This document shows, piece after piece, positions 8,601-15,400 of a DNA stretch of 44,461 bases. The notes under the pieces were generated by a model that was given only the letters and a program-made list of their open reading frames with translations, had not been told where the DNA came from and ran no database searches. Source of the stretch: a bacterium (GTDB lineage Bacteria; Myxococcota_A; Bradymonadia; UBA7976; UBA1532); assembly GCA_030424955.1 (NCBI GenBank), contig JAUHVS010000001.1, positions 1-44,461 on the forward strand, read 5' to 3'. The translations under genes were made by a program, and so were the position numbers. How positions within the stretch are numbered: the stretch's first letter is position 1; every line of letters begins with the position of its first letter.

Positions 8601-10826
8601 CGCCGCCGCGTCCACCGTGACCTGCACGGTGGTCGTCTTGGTCTGGCCCGCGGAGTCCACCACCCGCAGCGTGGCGGTGTAGTTGCCGCGGCGCAGGTAC
8701 TGGTACTCAAAGGGCGTGGCGCTGTCGTCGGTCTCGAAGTCGGGCTGGCCGTTGTTGTCCCACCACAGGCCGTTGCTGGCGTCCACGTCCCACTGGAACG
8801 CGTCGATGGTGGCGCCCGCGTCCGGGTGGAAGGACGCGCTGTGATCGAAGGTCACCCGGCCCGCGTTGCCGCCCGAGCAGCCCTCGGTCACCCGGTTGGG
8901 CTGCACCGTGCCCAGGGGTACCGGCTTCGGGTTGAACACCGTGGGGGTCATGACCAGGCCGCCCATGGCGGAGCCCAGGTGCCCCGAGCCCCAGTGGCAG
9001 GTCACCGAGGTGGTCTCGCAGTAGTCGTCGATGACGCGCCCAAACAGGCTGTAGCCCGACATGGGGTCGTTGACGTTCATCGCCCGGTCCTGCGCCCGCA
9101 TGTAGTAGATGGTGTACATGCGGCGCCAGTCGTACGGACCGACCCGGGTCAGCTCAGGCAGGCCGGTCGCGTACCCCTTCTGGTTCGAGTACGTCGTGTA
9201 GGTGTTCCCACAGCGGCCGCCGTTGTAGACGGTGTTCTGGTTGCCGCACAGGTAGTCGCCGTTCTGCCAGTTGCCGTCCAGCCAGTGCGAGCCGAAGACT
9301 CGGCGCCGGGCAAACCAGGTGGCGGCATACGCCAGGTGCCGGTTGTAGCTGTCCACGAGCGCCGTGCGCGTCAGCGCCTGGCCGCGGCCGTAGCCGTTCG
9401 TGCGATCAGCGTAGTTGTCGGGGATGACCGTGGCCTCGTTCGGGAACGGGACGCGCGCGTCGCGGGGCATGTTGTGGGTGCCGATCATGCGGTGCGCCAG
9501 GATGGCCCCACCGGTCATCTTGAAGTCGGAGCCGCGACCGCCGCCGCCCACCCGGTTGTCGTAGGCCGCGCCGCCGTCGGTCTGCTGGTTGCTCAGGATC
9601 TGGTACGCCACGCGGTACTTGTGACGGTTGTTGACGAACACGCCGTAGGGCTCGCCCACGACCGCGACGGACTCCAGCCCGACGAAGGCCCACTGGGTGG
9701 TCGAGAAGTCGCCATAGACGCAGTCGCCGCCACCGTCGAAGGCGGTGTAGTACCAGCCACCGGTGGAGCAGCCGCCGTCGATCTGCATGTAGCCCATCCA
9801 GTCCGTCAGCTCCTGGATGTAGCGCTCCCACAGCCAGCCCGCGGGGCCGTTCTGCAGCGGCGTGCCCGCCAGGCTCGGCAGCGCCGTGGCCAGGGCGCCG
9901 AGGTTCATCCCCACGCGGTAGGTGTTGTTGTTGCCGTAGGCCGCGACGCCGTAGCCGTCGGACGTGTTGGGCAGCCGGTTGAGGGTGTTGGCGACGTAGC
10001 GCGCGCCGTCCCAGCGGTAGCCGTGCTGGTTGCTCTCGTCGGCCCGGTTGATGCCGTTGCGGTAGTAGTAGCGGGTGATGTTGTTGATGTGCCGGATGAC
10101 CGTCTCGGCGTACGGATCAGCCGCCCACCGCCGGTCGTTCTCGGCCGCCCAGCCGTTCGGCAGGTTGACGCCGTGGGCGTTGATGGTGTTGGGCGGATAG
10201 GCCGGCAGGTGGCCGTTGGTGGTGAACTGCCACAGCGACAGGTTGGTGGCGTCGAAGTACGGCGAGGACGAGTAGATGGTCGACGCGTTGCGACCGCTGA
10301 AGCCTGTCTGCTGGCGGTGCGTGTACCAGAGCGACTCCTGCACGGCCATGGTGGCCATGATCTCGACCTGCTCTTCGGTCCACTGCGTCGGGTTGGCGCT
10401 CGGCGCCCAGTCATAGACGAACAGCCGGAAGGTGCCGAACTTGTCCTGGTTGGTGCAGCGGTTGCGCACCCGCAGGTTGATGTTGAAGCTCTGGTCGCGG
10501 TCCACCGAGGGCACCAGGAACGTGCGGCCGATGTCCTGCACGTTGAAGGTGGTGCCCTCGCGGCTCACCACCCGGCTCCAGTCGTCATCGTAGTTGCCGT
10601 TGCGGTTGACGTCCCACCAGACCTGGTAGGTCCCGCAGGTGGCGTTCTGCACGATGGCCTTGAGCGTGATCTGCGCCGCCTCGTGGGCTGGGTGTGGCAG
10701 CTCCACGTTCTTCTGCGAGTACGGTACGACCAGGACTTTGTCCTGCTCTTGGGCGCTCGCGGTGGTGGGCGCGGCGAACGCCGCCAACCCCAGCACCCCG
10801 ACAACCCATGCTGTCAGTCGGTTCAT
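2661..10826 (-). CDS. Giant secreted multi-domain protein, paralog A (2,721 aa). Order: signal peptide, ~760-aa N-terminal region with Q-x-x-DGG repeats, ~13 PKD-like domains, Ig/HYR-like insert, Cys-containing helical region, terminal beta-sandwich
   Basis: Start placed at ATG 10826 (MNRLTAWVVGVLGLAAFAAPTTASAQ, a signal peptide) rather than ORF-track 10931. PKD-like signatures recur (IAQYDWDVDNDGNFDG...RLRVTDDLG, ITRYTWDFGDGT...TVTLRVDDED). N-terminal motifs are MQIDGGCSTGGWYY and LSNQQTDGGAAYD. The antisense 2,797-aa plus-strand ORF is Arg/His/Val-rich nonsense. Confidence 0.9.
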   Translation of the reverse strand: MNRLTAWVVGVLGLAAFAAPTTASAQEQDKVLVVPYSQKNVELPHPAHEAAQITLKAIVQNATCGTYQVWWDVNRNGNYDDDWSRVVSREGTTFNVQDIGRTFLVPSVDRDQSFNINLRVRNRCTNQDKFGTFRLFVYDWAPSANPTQWTEEQVEIMATMAVQESLWYTHRQQTGFSGRNASTIYSSSPYFDATNLSLWQFTTNGHLPAYPPNTINAHGVNLPNGWAAENDRRWAADPYAETVIRHINNITRYYYRNGINRADESNQHGYRWDGARYVANTLNRLPNTSDGYGVAAYGNNNTYRVGMNLGALATALPSLAGTPLQNGPAGWLWERYIQELTDWMGYMQIDGGCSTGGWYYTAFDGGGDCVYGDFSTTQWAFVGLESVAVVGEPYGVFVNNRHKYRVAYQILSNQQTDGGAAYDNRVGGGGRGSDFKMTGGAILAHRMIGTHNMPRDARVPFPNEATVIPDNYADRTNGYGRGQALTRTALVDSYNRHLAYAATWFARRRVFGSHWLDGNWQNGDYLCGNQNTVYNGGRCGNTYTTYSNQKGYATGLPELTRVGPYDWRRMYTIYYMRAQDRAMNVNDPMSGYSLFGRVIDDYCETTSVTCHWGSGHLGSAMGGLVMTPTVFNPKPVPLGTVQPNRVTEGCSGGNAGRVTFDHSASFHPDAGATIDAFQWDVDASNGLWWDNNGQPDFETDDSATPFEYQYLRRGNYTATLRVVDSAGQTKTTTVQVTVDAAANVPPAVAHGGPYVVEEGQGVQLAANATDQNLGCGDRLTVSWELDGDNDFNDAAGASPNVGWALLAGLPRGAGNPNRIFVRARDTAGAVVTAETTLTIYPSEPVASGRANPNPAACRAEVTFDGSASAHPNPARSIAQYDWDVDNDGNFDGSGQIFRFAYQQFGQYTARLRVTDDLGRTDETTFVVDISQGNQPPVARVARNAITVLEGDALALDGRGSSEPNANCGDSIVTYAWDLNGNGAFGDAADIPNTPNPTVAWNALIAAGLRLADPVTGLPTNRVTLRVTDEFGVSATVDVTVTLYEALPEVVVVQNPNPASVRLDNGLMQVTLDGRESSSPVPNVSIVRYDWDLDNDGTFETADRPVTDFQRVVPENQRQPGALPTFTVRLRVTDETGRQNIGSYDIVLTVPPTPPTADADPSDPPERGYDILVGEDLTLDGGQSSDPDSAQAGDYLRFFRWDLTYDANDGFQADLTRQAANAQEQANAARATVTWAELNAAGINGPGTYTVRLQVQDITNLTSEDSATLRVHAVDPVALVDANPNPAACGGRVTFDASASNHPHPTIDIVGYAWDFDGDGQVDANGQSVQRAFDAFTFGQANTVALTVTDSRGNEGTTAIDVNVDQGNRAPVPNAGGFRDVNGQVAGPYVIVAGEGVQLNSAGSSDPDAACGDSIQSFAWDIGANGAVNANGAQANLTWAQLQAAGVAGVGNYDVRLTVTDRFGVSANGLATLRVVAGPRAVATANPARTGCGNQVEFSAARSEFFGPANQGFGIVSYAWDLDNDGVYDDAQGPVVQRAAVAQPDANGQIQVVAGLQITDGLNHTDTTQVVVVIDVQNQPPVANAGGPYTTGPVQGGFADVTLDGRGSLDPNAPCDAVVVYKWDTDADGRYGRDDNPADLEGATVRYNNANWRVNTVDTVRLVVCDQTGACSAPGEAQVEVLDVAPPVGEMLSPRADAANTCLGAGNFTVDLSVSDPAGNPLTATVTIAGIEVGQGAIDPPDNGNAVPLQVVVNSANVPEGRHEVVVTLRNSQNAESEVTSGGRLTFDRTAPVVSIQNNLAEGVCYNPNAVPEAVVNAVDAQDNAPALNRETIEDGCGRTLRATATDACGNVGSAERTYLLAQPVEVQINGVDEGALVAQARVSWEVIGPAACASNVTARYSRNGGAAANYPESQLLNQPGNYAMTVAVANCSGVARNQIRNFSVNSAPTAVAIPAGHPNADPNLPNAYVVTEGAGLQLDGSESLAPEAGDNVARYQWDYDSDGNFDAEGGVVAFDTNEDGVFQGVLRVTDSLGATGQTLFRVTVLDVDPSADAGGPYVVAQGTPLQFDARATQPGSAADLITRYTWDFGDGTPPVNGAGLTQPEHTYEDNGAYTVTLRVDDEDSFVTVQVAVAVRDVDPIIDGINPPADPYETAPMTFTIDARPGAASDPITRIEWDMDGDGVPEYSGNNLTEVEHQFDAAGDYNVVVTVRDGDSSSVDAIVVNVREITLRELLAWTQDKVEADLADPGFPAFARFQLAPIGAALDRGLWGEDNDERGVTLMALRTIVAQLVQAQGAGADYGWELWALSRQLQREMTRMRAAILADGDDPRDANHPSIQLATDHLDNVAALYDAPGFRADLNTNDRVGVANDIFFEAVEAYYWLADSTYQCNDFNDFTLPNLADPLAIRPEANRINTDELGVALTAMRNELDGYAQKAGAPAAANVAAAVDKMDNILALQGLLLGPNCEENERCVTDREALDLELEAAQLVRDLDVAANSGAWVRQWQSCLVLALKFRIELSIQRVEFACGARTAIAQRARQVQAVGLEFVDDDQDAQALSYYAHPDRQCTLIQVYDQCLVSADPEANAPYDGDVECLNELVCRELAPTVTGGLCPVGDEANCMWPAVANDSMALVATMRNASRGPCDAADLSLALRQAPQGWMVDIMPGVDAAPGEAVQVPVTVSWPAGTAAGDYRIDVFTRQTNDATLGREFSFTVRVP
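8547..8966. repeat. Near-identical segment shared by the two giant paralogs (copy in paralog A)
   Basis: 8547-8672 is identical to 1-126, and about 93% identical (hand alignment) over the following ~300 nt. Confidence 0.85.
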
Positions 10827-10863
10827 GAACGCCCCCAAGCGATGTGGTCCTCGATCCTGGCAC

Positions 10864-10893
10864 ACCGTAGCGACCGCGCGAGCCAGTGAACAA
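10864..10893 (-). promoter_or_regulatory. Candidate sigma70-type promoter of paralog A (-35 TTGTTC, 18-nt spacer, -10 TACGGT, read on the minus strand)
   Basis: Minus-strand TTGTTC = 10888-10893 and TACGGT = 10864-10869. The 9-mer AATTGTTCA and a CTTGGGGG element just before the ATG are shared with the upstream region of paralog B. Confidence 0.3.
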
Positions 10894-11020
10894 TTGAACT
10901 TGCGGGCGGGCAGAGTCCCCTTTGAGATCAACGCCCAATGCGATCGCGGGTCGCCTGCAGGCCGCGCCGAGCGGCCGAAGCCCCCCGGCCCGCGGCGTCA
11001 GACGCTCGAAGGAGCCGCAC

Positions 11021-11413
11021 ATGAACGATGATGATTTCGAATCCGAGATCGGGCCCGCGACCTCCGCCGGGCTGCCCGTGCAGCCGGCACCTCGGGTGGT
11101 CGGGCCCGGCTTCAACGCCCGGGTCTACGCCGTCGTCCGGCGGGTACCGCCCGGCCGGATCACGACGTACGGCGACGTCGCGACGGTGCTGGGCTCACCC
11201 CGGGTGGCCCGGCATGTCGGCTTCGCCCTGGCCGCCCTGCGGGACCCCACGGTGCCCTGGCACCGCGTCATCAACAGCCGGGGGCGCATCAGCTTCAAGG
11301 GCGACACGGCCCGAGGCATCGAGCAACAGCAGCGGTTGATGTCGGAGGGGATCATCTTCTCGGCCGCCGGCGTCGTGTCGCTCAAGCGGTTCCGCCACGA
11401 TCTGCAGCCCTGA
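11021..11413 (+). CDS. atl: Alkyltransferase-like protein (MGMT-family DNA-binding domain with Trp in place of the active-site Cys)
   Basis: ATG 11021 is preceded by GAAGGAG (11008-11014). Motifs GRITTYGDVA and VPWHRVINSRGRISF are present, so PWHRV replaces the methyltransferase PCHRV. Confidence 0.8.
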   Translation: MNDDDFESEIGPATSAGLPVQPAPRVVGPGFNARVYAVVRRVPPGRITTYGDVATVLGSPRVARHVGFALAALRDPTVPWHRVINSRGRISFKGDTARGIEQQQRLMSEGIIFSAAGVVSLKRFRHDLQP

Positions 11414-11434
11414 GCCCCAGGGAGGCGCCGTGGA

Positions 11435-12301
11435 TCAGCCCCCGGTCGAGAGATCGGCCACCAGCCGCAGCAGCGCGCGGGCCAGCGCGTTCGCGGCCTC
11501 GGGGTAGCGCGCCTTCCACTGCGGGCTGGCGAAGAAGACAGCGTCCACCCACTGAGTCTTGCGGGAGGCCTTGAGCAGCCGAGGGTAGTGCTTCGCCGTC
11601 AGCGACGCGGTCCGATACACCGGCCGCCGATCTCGCCCGACGGTCTGGTGGAGCTTGTCGGACTCCATCTGCAGCACCTTGAGGCGATCGCCAAAGCCCC
11701 GATCCGCCAGCGCCGCGGTCCCCTGCCCTGGCTTGCCGACGATGACCATGCACTGCGCCTCCACGCCGTCCACGATCTTCAGCAGGCCCTCCTCCAGCGG
11801 CACCTCGCGGGCCTTGAAGCGCGCGAAGGCTGGATCGAGGCGACCGAAGAGGCGCCACGTGATGTAGGTGCCCGAGCCATACTGGTTCACCAGGATGCGG
11901 TGGCGCTGGGGGTGCAGGCCCGCCACGTCGTCGGCCTGTACGTCCCGGTTGCAGATCAGGTGGACCGCCTCGCCGTAGAGCGTGGTCATGCGGTCCATGG
12001 TGAGCCGGCTCTCGGGCTTCTCGAACTGGTAGAGGGCGTAGGCGTCCTCTTGGGCGATGACAGCGTCGCAGCGCCGGGGCTCCTGATCGATGGCCTCGAG
12101 GTTCTCCCAGGACCCGTGGGTCTGGATGACCTCGACCTCCACCGTGGCCGCCAGCGCCTCAGCCAGGCGCTCACCGACCTGGTGGTACGCGCCGCCAGTG
12201 GCGCCGGTGCACACCCGCAGCAGGGGGCGATCCGGCGCCGCCCCAGCGGGCGTGGCCAGCAGCACGGACGCGAGCAGGACGCAGATCGAGCGGAGCAACA
12301 C
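11435..12301 (-). CDS. TAXI/NMT1-like periplasmic solute-binding protein (TRAP-associated family)
   Basis: GTG 12301 lies 7 nt after GGAGG and gives VLLRSICVLLASVLLATPAGAAP (signal peptide). TAXI-like motifs follow: RVCTGATGGAYHQVGERLAEAL, HGSWENLEAI and VNQYGSGTYITWRLF. No TRAP membrane genes are adjacent. Confidence 0.6.
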   Translation of the reverse strand: MLLRSICVLLASVLLATPAGAAPDRPLLRVCTGATGGAYHQVGERLAEALAATVEVEVIQTHGSWENLEAIDQEPRRCDAVIAQEDAYALYQFEKPESRLTMDRMTTLYGEAVHLICNRDVQADDVAGLHPQRHRILVNQYGSGTYITWRLFGRLDPAFARFKAREVPLEEGLLKIVDGVEAQCMVIVGKPGQGTAALADRGFGDRLKVLQMESDKLHQTVGRDRRPVYRTASLTAKHYPRLLKASRKTQWVDAVFFASPQWKARYPEAANALARALLRLVADLSTGG

Positions 12302-12438
12302 GGCGGCGCCTCCATGGGTTGGGGAGGCGCGATGATGACATGTTGTGGGCAGACGGCGCCAACGGCGCGGGGTGGGCTCGCGGCCCAGCGGGGGCCCGGT
12401 GGACGCAGCGCTCAGCGCAGCGCCCACCGGCAGACGCC

Positions 12439-15400
12439 TCAGGGGGCGGGGGGCGGGACGGGCTGCACGTCCACCACGAGGACGGTCTGGCCCACGTTCC
12501 CGGCGCCGTACCCATCCACGAAGATGAAGTAGTCGCCGGCCTCGAGCTGCTGCGACAGCAGCGACTGCGAGCCCTCACCGCCGTCGTCGTTGCAGGCGAT
12601 CTCGGTGGCGGCATCGTCACACGCGCTGCGCAGGTACAGCGTGGTGTCGAAGGTCGACTGGGTGGTCTCGGCCGTGACCAACGCCGGGGCCGTCAGCTGC
12701 AGGAAGACCACCTGATCCCCACTGCGCGACGTGCTCCCACAGCTCGCCTCGTAGTCGTTTTCGCTGCCCGTGGTGTCGAGGGCGAACTGGCCCCCCGCGT
12801 CGATCAGCGCGCCCGCGACGGGCTTGGCCAGGCAGAGCTGCTGCTCGAAGTCCCAGCCAGCAGCGATGCAGGCGTCGTCGTCCGGGAAGTCGATCTGGCC
12901 GTCATCGTCGTTGTCGATGCCGTCGGCACAGGCCGGCAGCACATCAGGGTCGATCTCGCTGTCACCGAAGCCACCCGCGCAGCCCGGATCGGCGAGGTCG
13001 ATGAGGCCGTCCTCGTCGTTGTCGATCTCGTCGTTGCAGGCCACGATCAGGCTGGTGACCTCGATGGTCACGGTCAGATCGCCGGCGGGCACGAGGTCGT
13101 CCGCGTCGATGATGATGTAGTAGAGGCCGGCCTCGGCGTCGCCCACGGTGAGGCTGTCCGTGAAGGAGGCCTTGCACGCCAGCTCGGTCTCGGCGACGTC
13201 GCAGGCCTGCCGCACGCTGACCACGGCGCTGGCGGGCTCGCCCTCGACGTCGATGACCGACACCGTGAAGCGCGACCGCTCGGGCAGCACCAGGCCGACC
13301 ACGGCCTCGCCGTTGGTGCCGTTGTCGCAGCTGTGCTCGTAGGCGTCGCCACCCGCAACGTTCGGGTCGATCACCAGCGGATCGCCGCCGATCTCGTAGA
13401 GGGTCACCGCCTCCACCGCCCCGCAGGCGGCGAGCTCCGAGGTGCTGCCCGCAGCGTAGCACTCCGGATCCTCGCCGTAGTCGATGGCGCCGTCCTCGTC
13501 GTTGTCGATGCCATCGGCGCACGCCGGGGGATCGGCCGGATCGGTCTCGTCGGCGTCCAGGTCGAACACGCAGCCGGGATCCGCCAGGTCGATGAGCCCG
13601 TCATCGTCGTTGTCGACCCCGTCGTTGCACGCCACAATCAGGGGGCGCACCGTGGTGACCAGATCGACGGGATCCACGATGGCCGCGGTGGTGTCGACGA
13701 TGACGTAGTACGTCCCCGCCTCCATCACCTCGGTCAGGCTGGCCGAGAAGGACGACTTGCAGGCGATCTCGCTGCCCTCGGCGTCACAGACGCTGCGCAC
13801 CGACACCACGGCCGAGTCCGGCGCCCCGTCCGCGCCCAACACCTGGAAGGTGACCTCGGACTGCACGTCCAGGGTCAGCACGGCGATGGACTCACCGCCG
13901 GCGCCGTTGCCACAACTCCCCTCGTAGGTGTCAGCCCCGGCCTCGTCGGGATCGAGGGGCAGCGGATCGGCCCCGATCACCGGCAGCTCGCCCGGCAGGC
14001 CCGCACAGTAGGGGGCCTCGGAGGGCCAGCCGGCCGCCGTGCAGTCGGTGTCCTCCGGGAAGTCGATCAGGCCGTCGCCGTCGTTGTCGGCGCCGTCGCC
14101 GCACGCGGGCGCCTCGACCGGATCGGCCTCGGACAGATCCGCGCCGGCGTCGCAGCCCGGATCCGCCAGGTCGATGAGCCCGTCGTCGTCGTTGTCGACG
14201 CCGTCGTTACACTCCGTGACGAGGCCCACGATGGTGAACTGCACGGACATGGCGCCGGCGTTCCCTGCGCTGAAGGCGTCCGTGTAGAAGTAGTAGACGC
14301 CCGGCTCCAGCTGGTCGAACGAGAGCCGGGACAGCAGCCCCGCGCCGCCGTCGTCGTCGCAGCCGAGGAAGTCGCCCACGTCGCAGTTGCCGGCCCGCGC
14401 GAACATCATGGTGTCGAAGTCGGCAGCCACGATCTCGGCGGTCACGGCCGACGGCACATCCAGGATCAGCTGGAAGACCTGCTCCTCGCTGCGCCCCCCG
14501 CCGCCACAGGCCGCGCCGCTATAGTTGTCGCCATTGCCCGCGGTGTTGACCATGAACAGGCCGCCGGCCTGATCCACCTCGACCACGTTGTCGGTGCCCT
14601 CGCAGAACAGCCGCTCGGTGTTGTCGCCGGCCGCCGGGCAGCCGTCGTCCGCGGGGTAGTCGATGTCGCCGTCCTCGTCGTTGTCGATGCCGTCGCTGCA
14701 CTCAGGCACCTCGGCCGGATCGGTCTCGTCGTCGTCCATGCCGCGCTCGCAGCCCGGATCGTCGAGGTCGATCAGGGCGTCCTCGTCGTTGTCGATCCCG
14801 TCGTTGCACTCGCGGATGAGCGACTCGATGGCGATGTCGATCTCGAAGGCCCCGTCGGGCGAGAACAGGTCGCGCTCCACCAGGATGAAGTAGGTGCCGG
14901 CCTCGAGCTCGGTGAGCCGCAGGGGCCCGCCGAAGCTGGGCTCGCAGTCCAGCTCGGCGTTGGCGTCGTCGCACGCGGTCCGTGCCGACAGGATCGAGGT
15001 GAACCGCCCGCCGTCCGCGTTCAGGGAGGTGACGGTGAGGTTCGACAGCTCGTCGATGGTGACGGCAAAGACCACGTCCTCGCCGTCGCCGTTGTCGCAG
15101 GACGCCACGTAGGGCCCAGCCGGGTCGCGCTCGGGGTTCACCTGGAAGCGGCCGCCCGCCTGGTTGACCTCGATGGCCGCGATGTCATCGCAGCGGGTGG
15201 CCTCGGTGATGCCGCCCGCCGAGCGACAGTCCGCGTCGTCGGGGTAGTCGGTCGCGCCGTCCTCGTCGTTGTCGATCCCATCACCGCACTCGGGCAGCAC
15301 GGCGGGGTCGGTCTCGTCGGTGTCGCGGGCGTCAAAGCAGCCGGGATCCGCGAAGTCGATGAGCCCGTCGTCGTCGTTGTCGATCTCGTCGTTGCACTGG

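Noticed and set aside
10857-10871. TGGCAC...GC resembling a sigma54 -24/-12 promoter upstream of the ATL gene
   Set aside because: The GG-to-GC spacing is one nucleotide short of the GG-N10-GC rule, and the -12 region (AGCG) does not resemble TTGC.
2496-10889. A 2,797-aa plus-strand ORF (and 31..2256, 741 aa) antisense to the giant PKD genes
   Set aside because: The translation is Arg/His/Val/Gly-rich with no motifs. It mirrors the minus-strand genes exactly, which have signal peptides and clear PKD repeats. Stop-free antisense frames are expected at this GC content.
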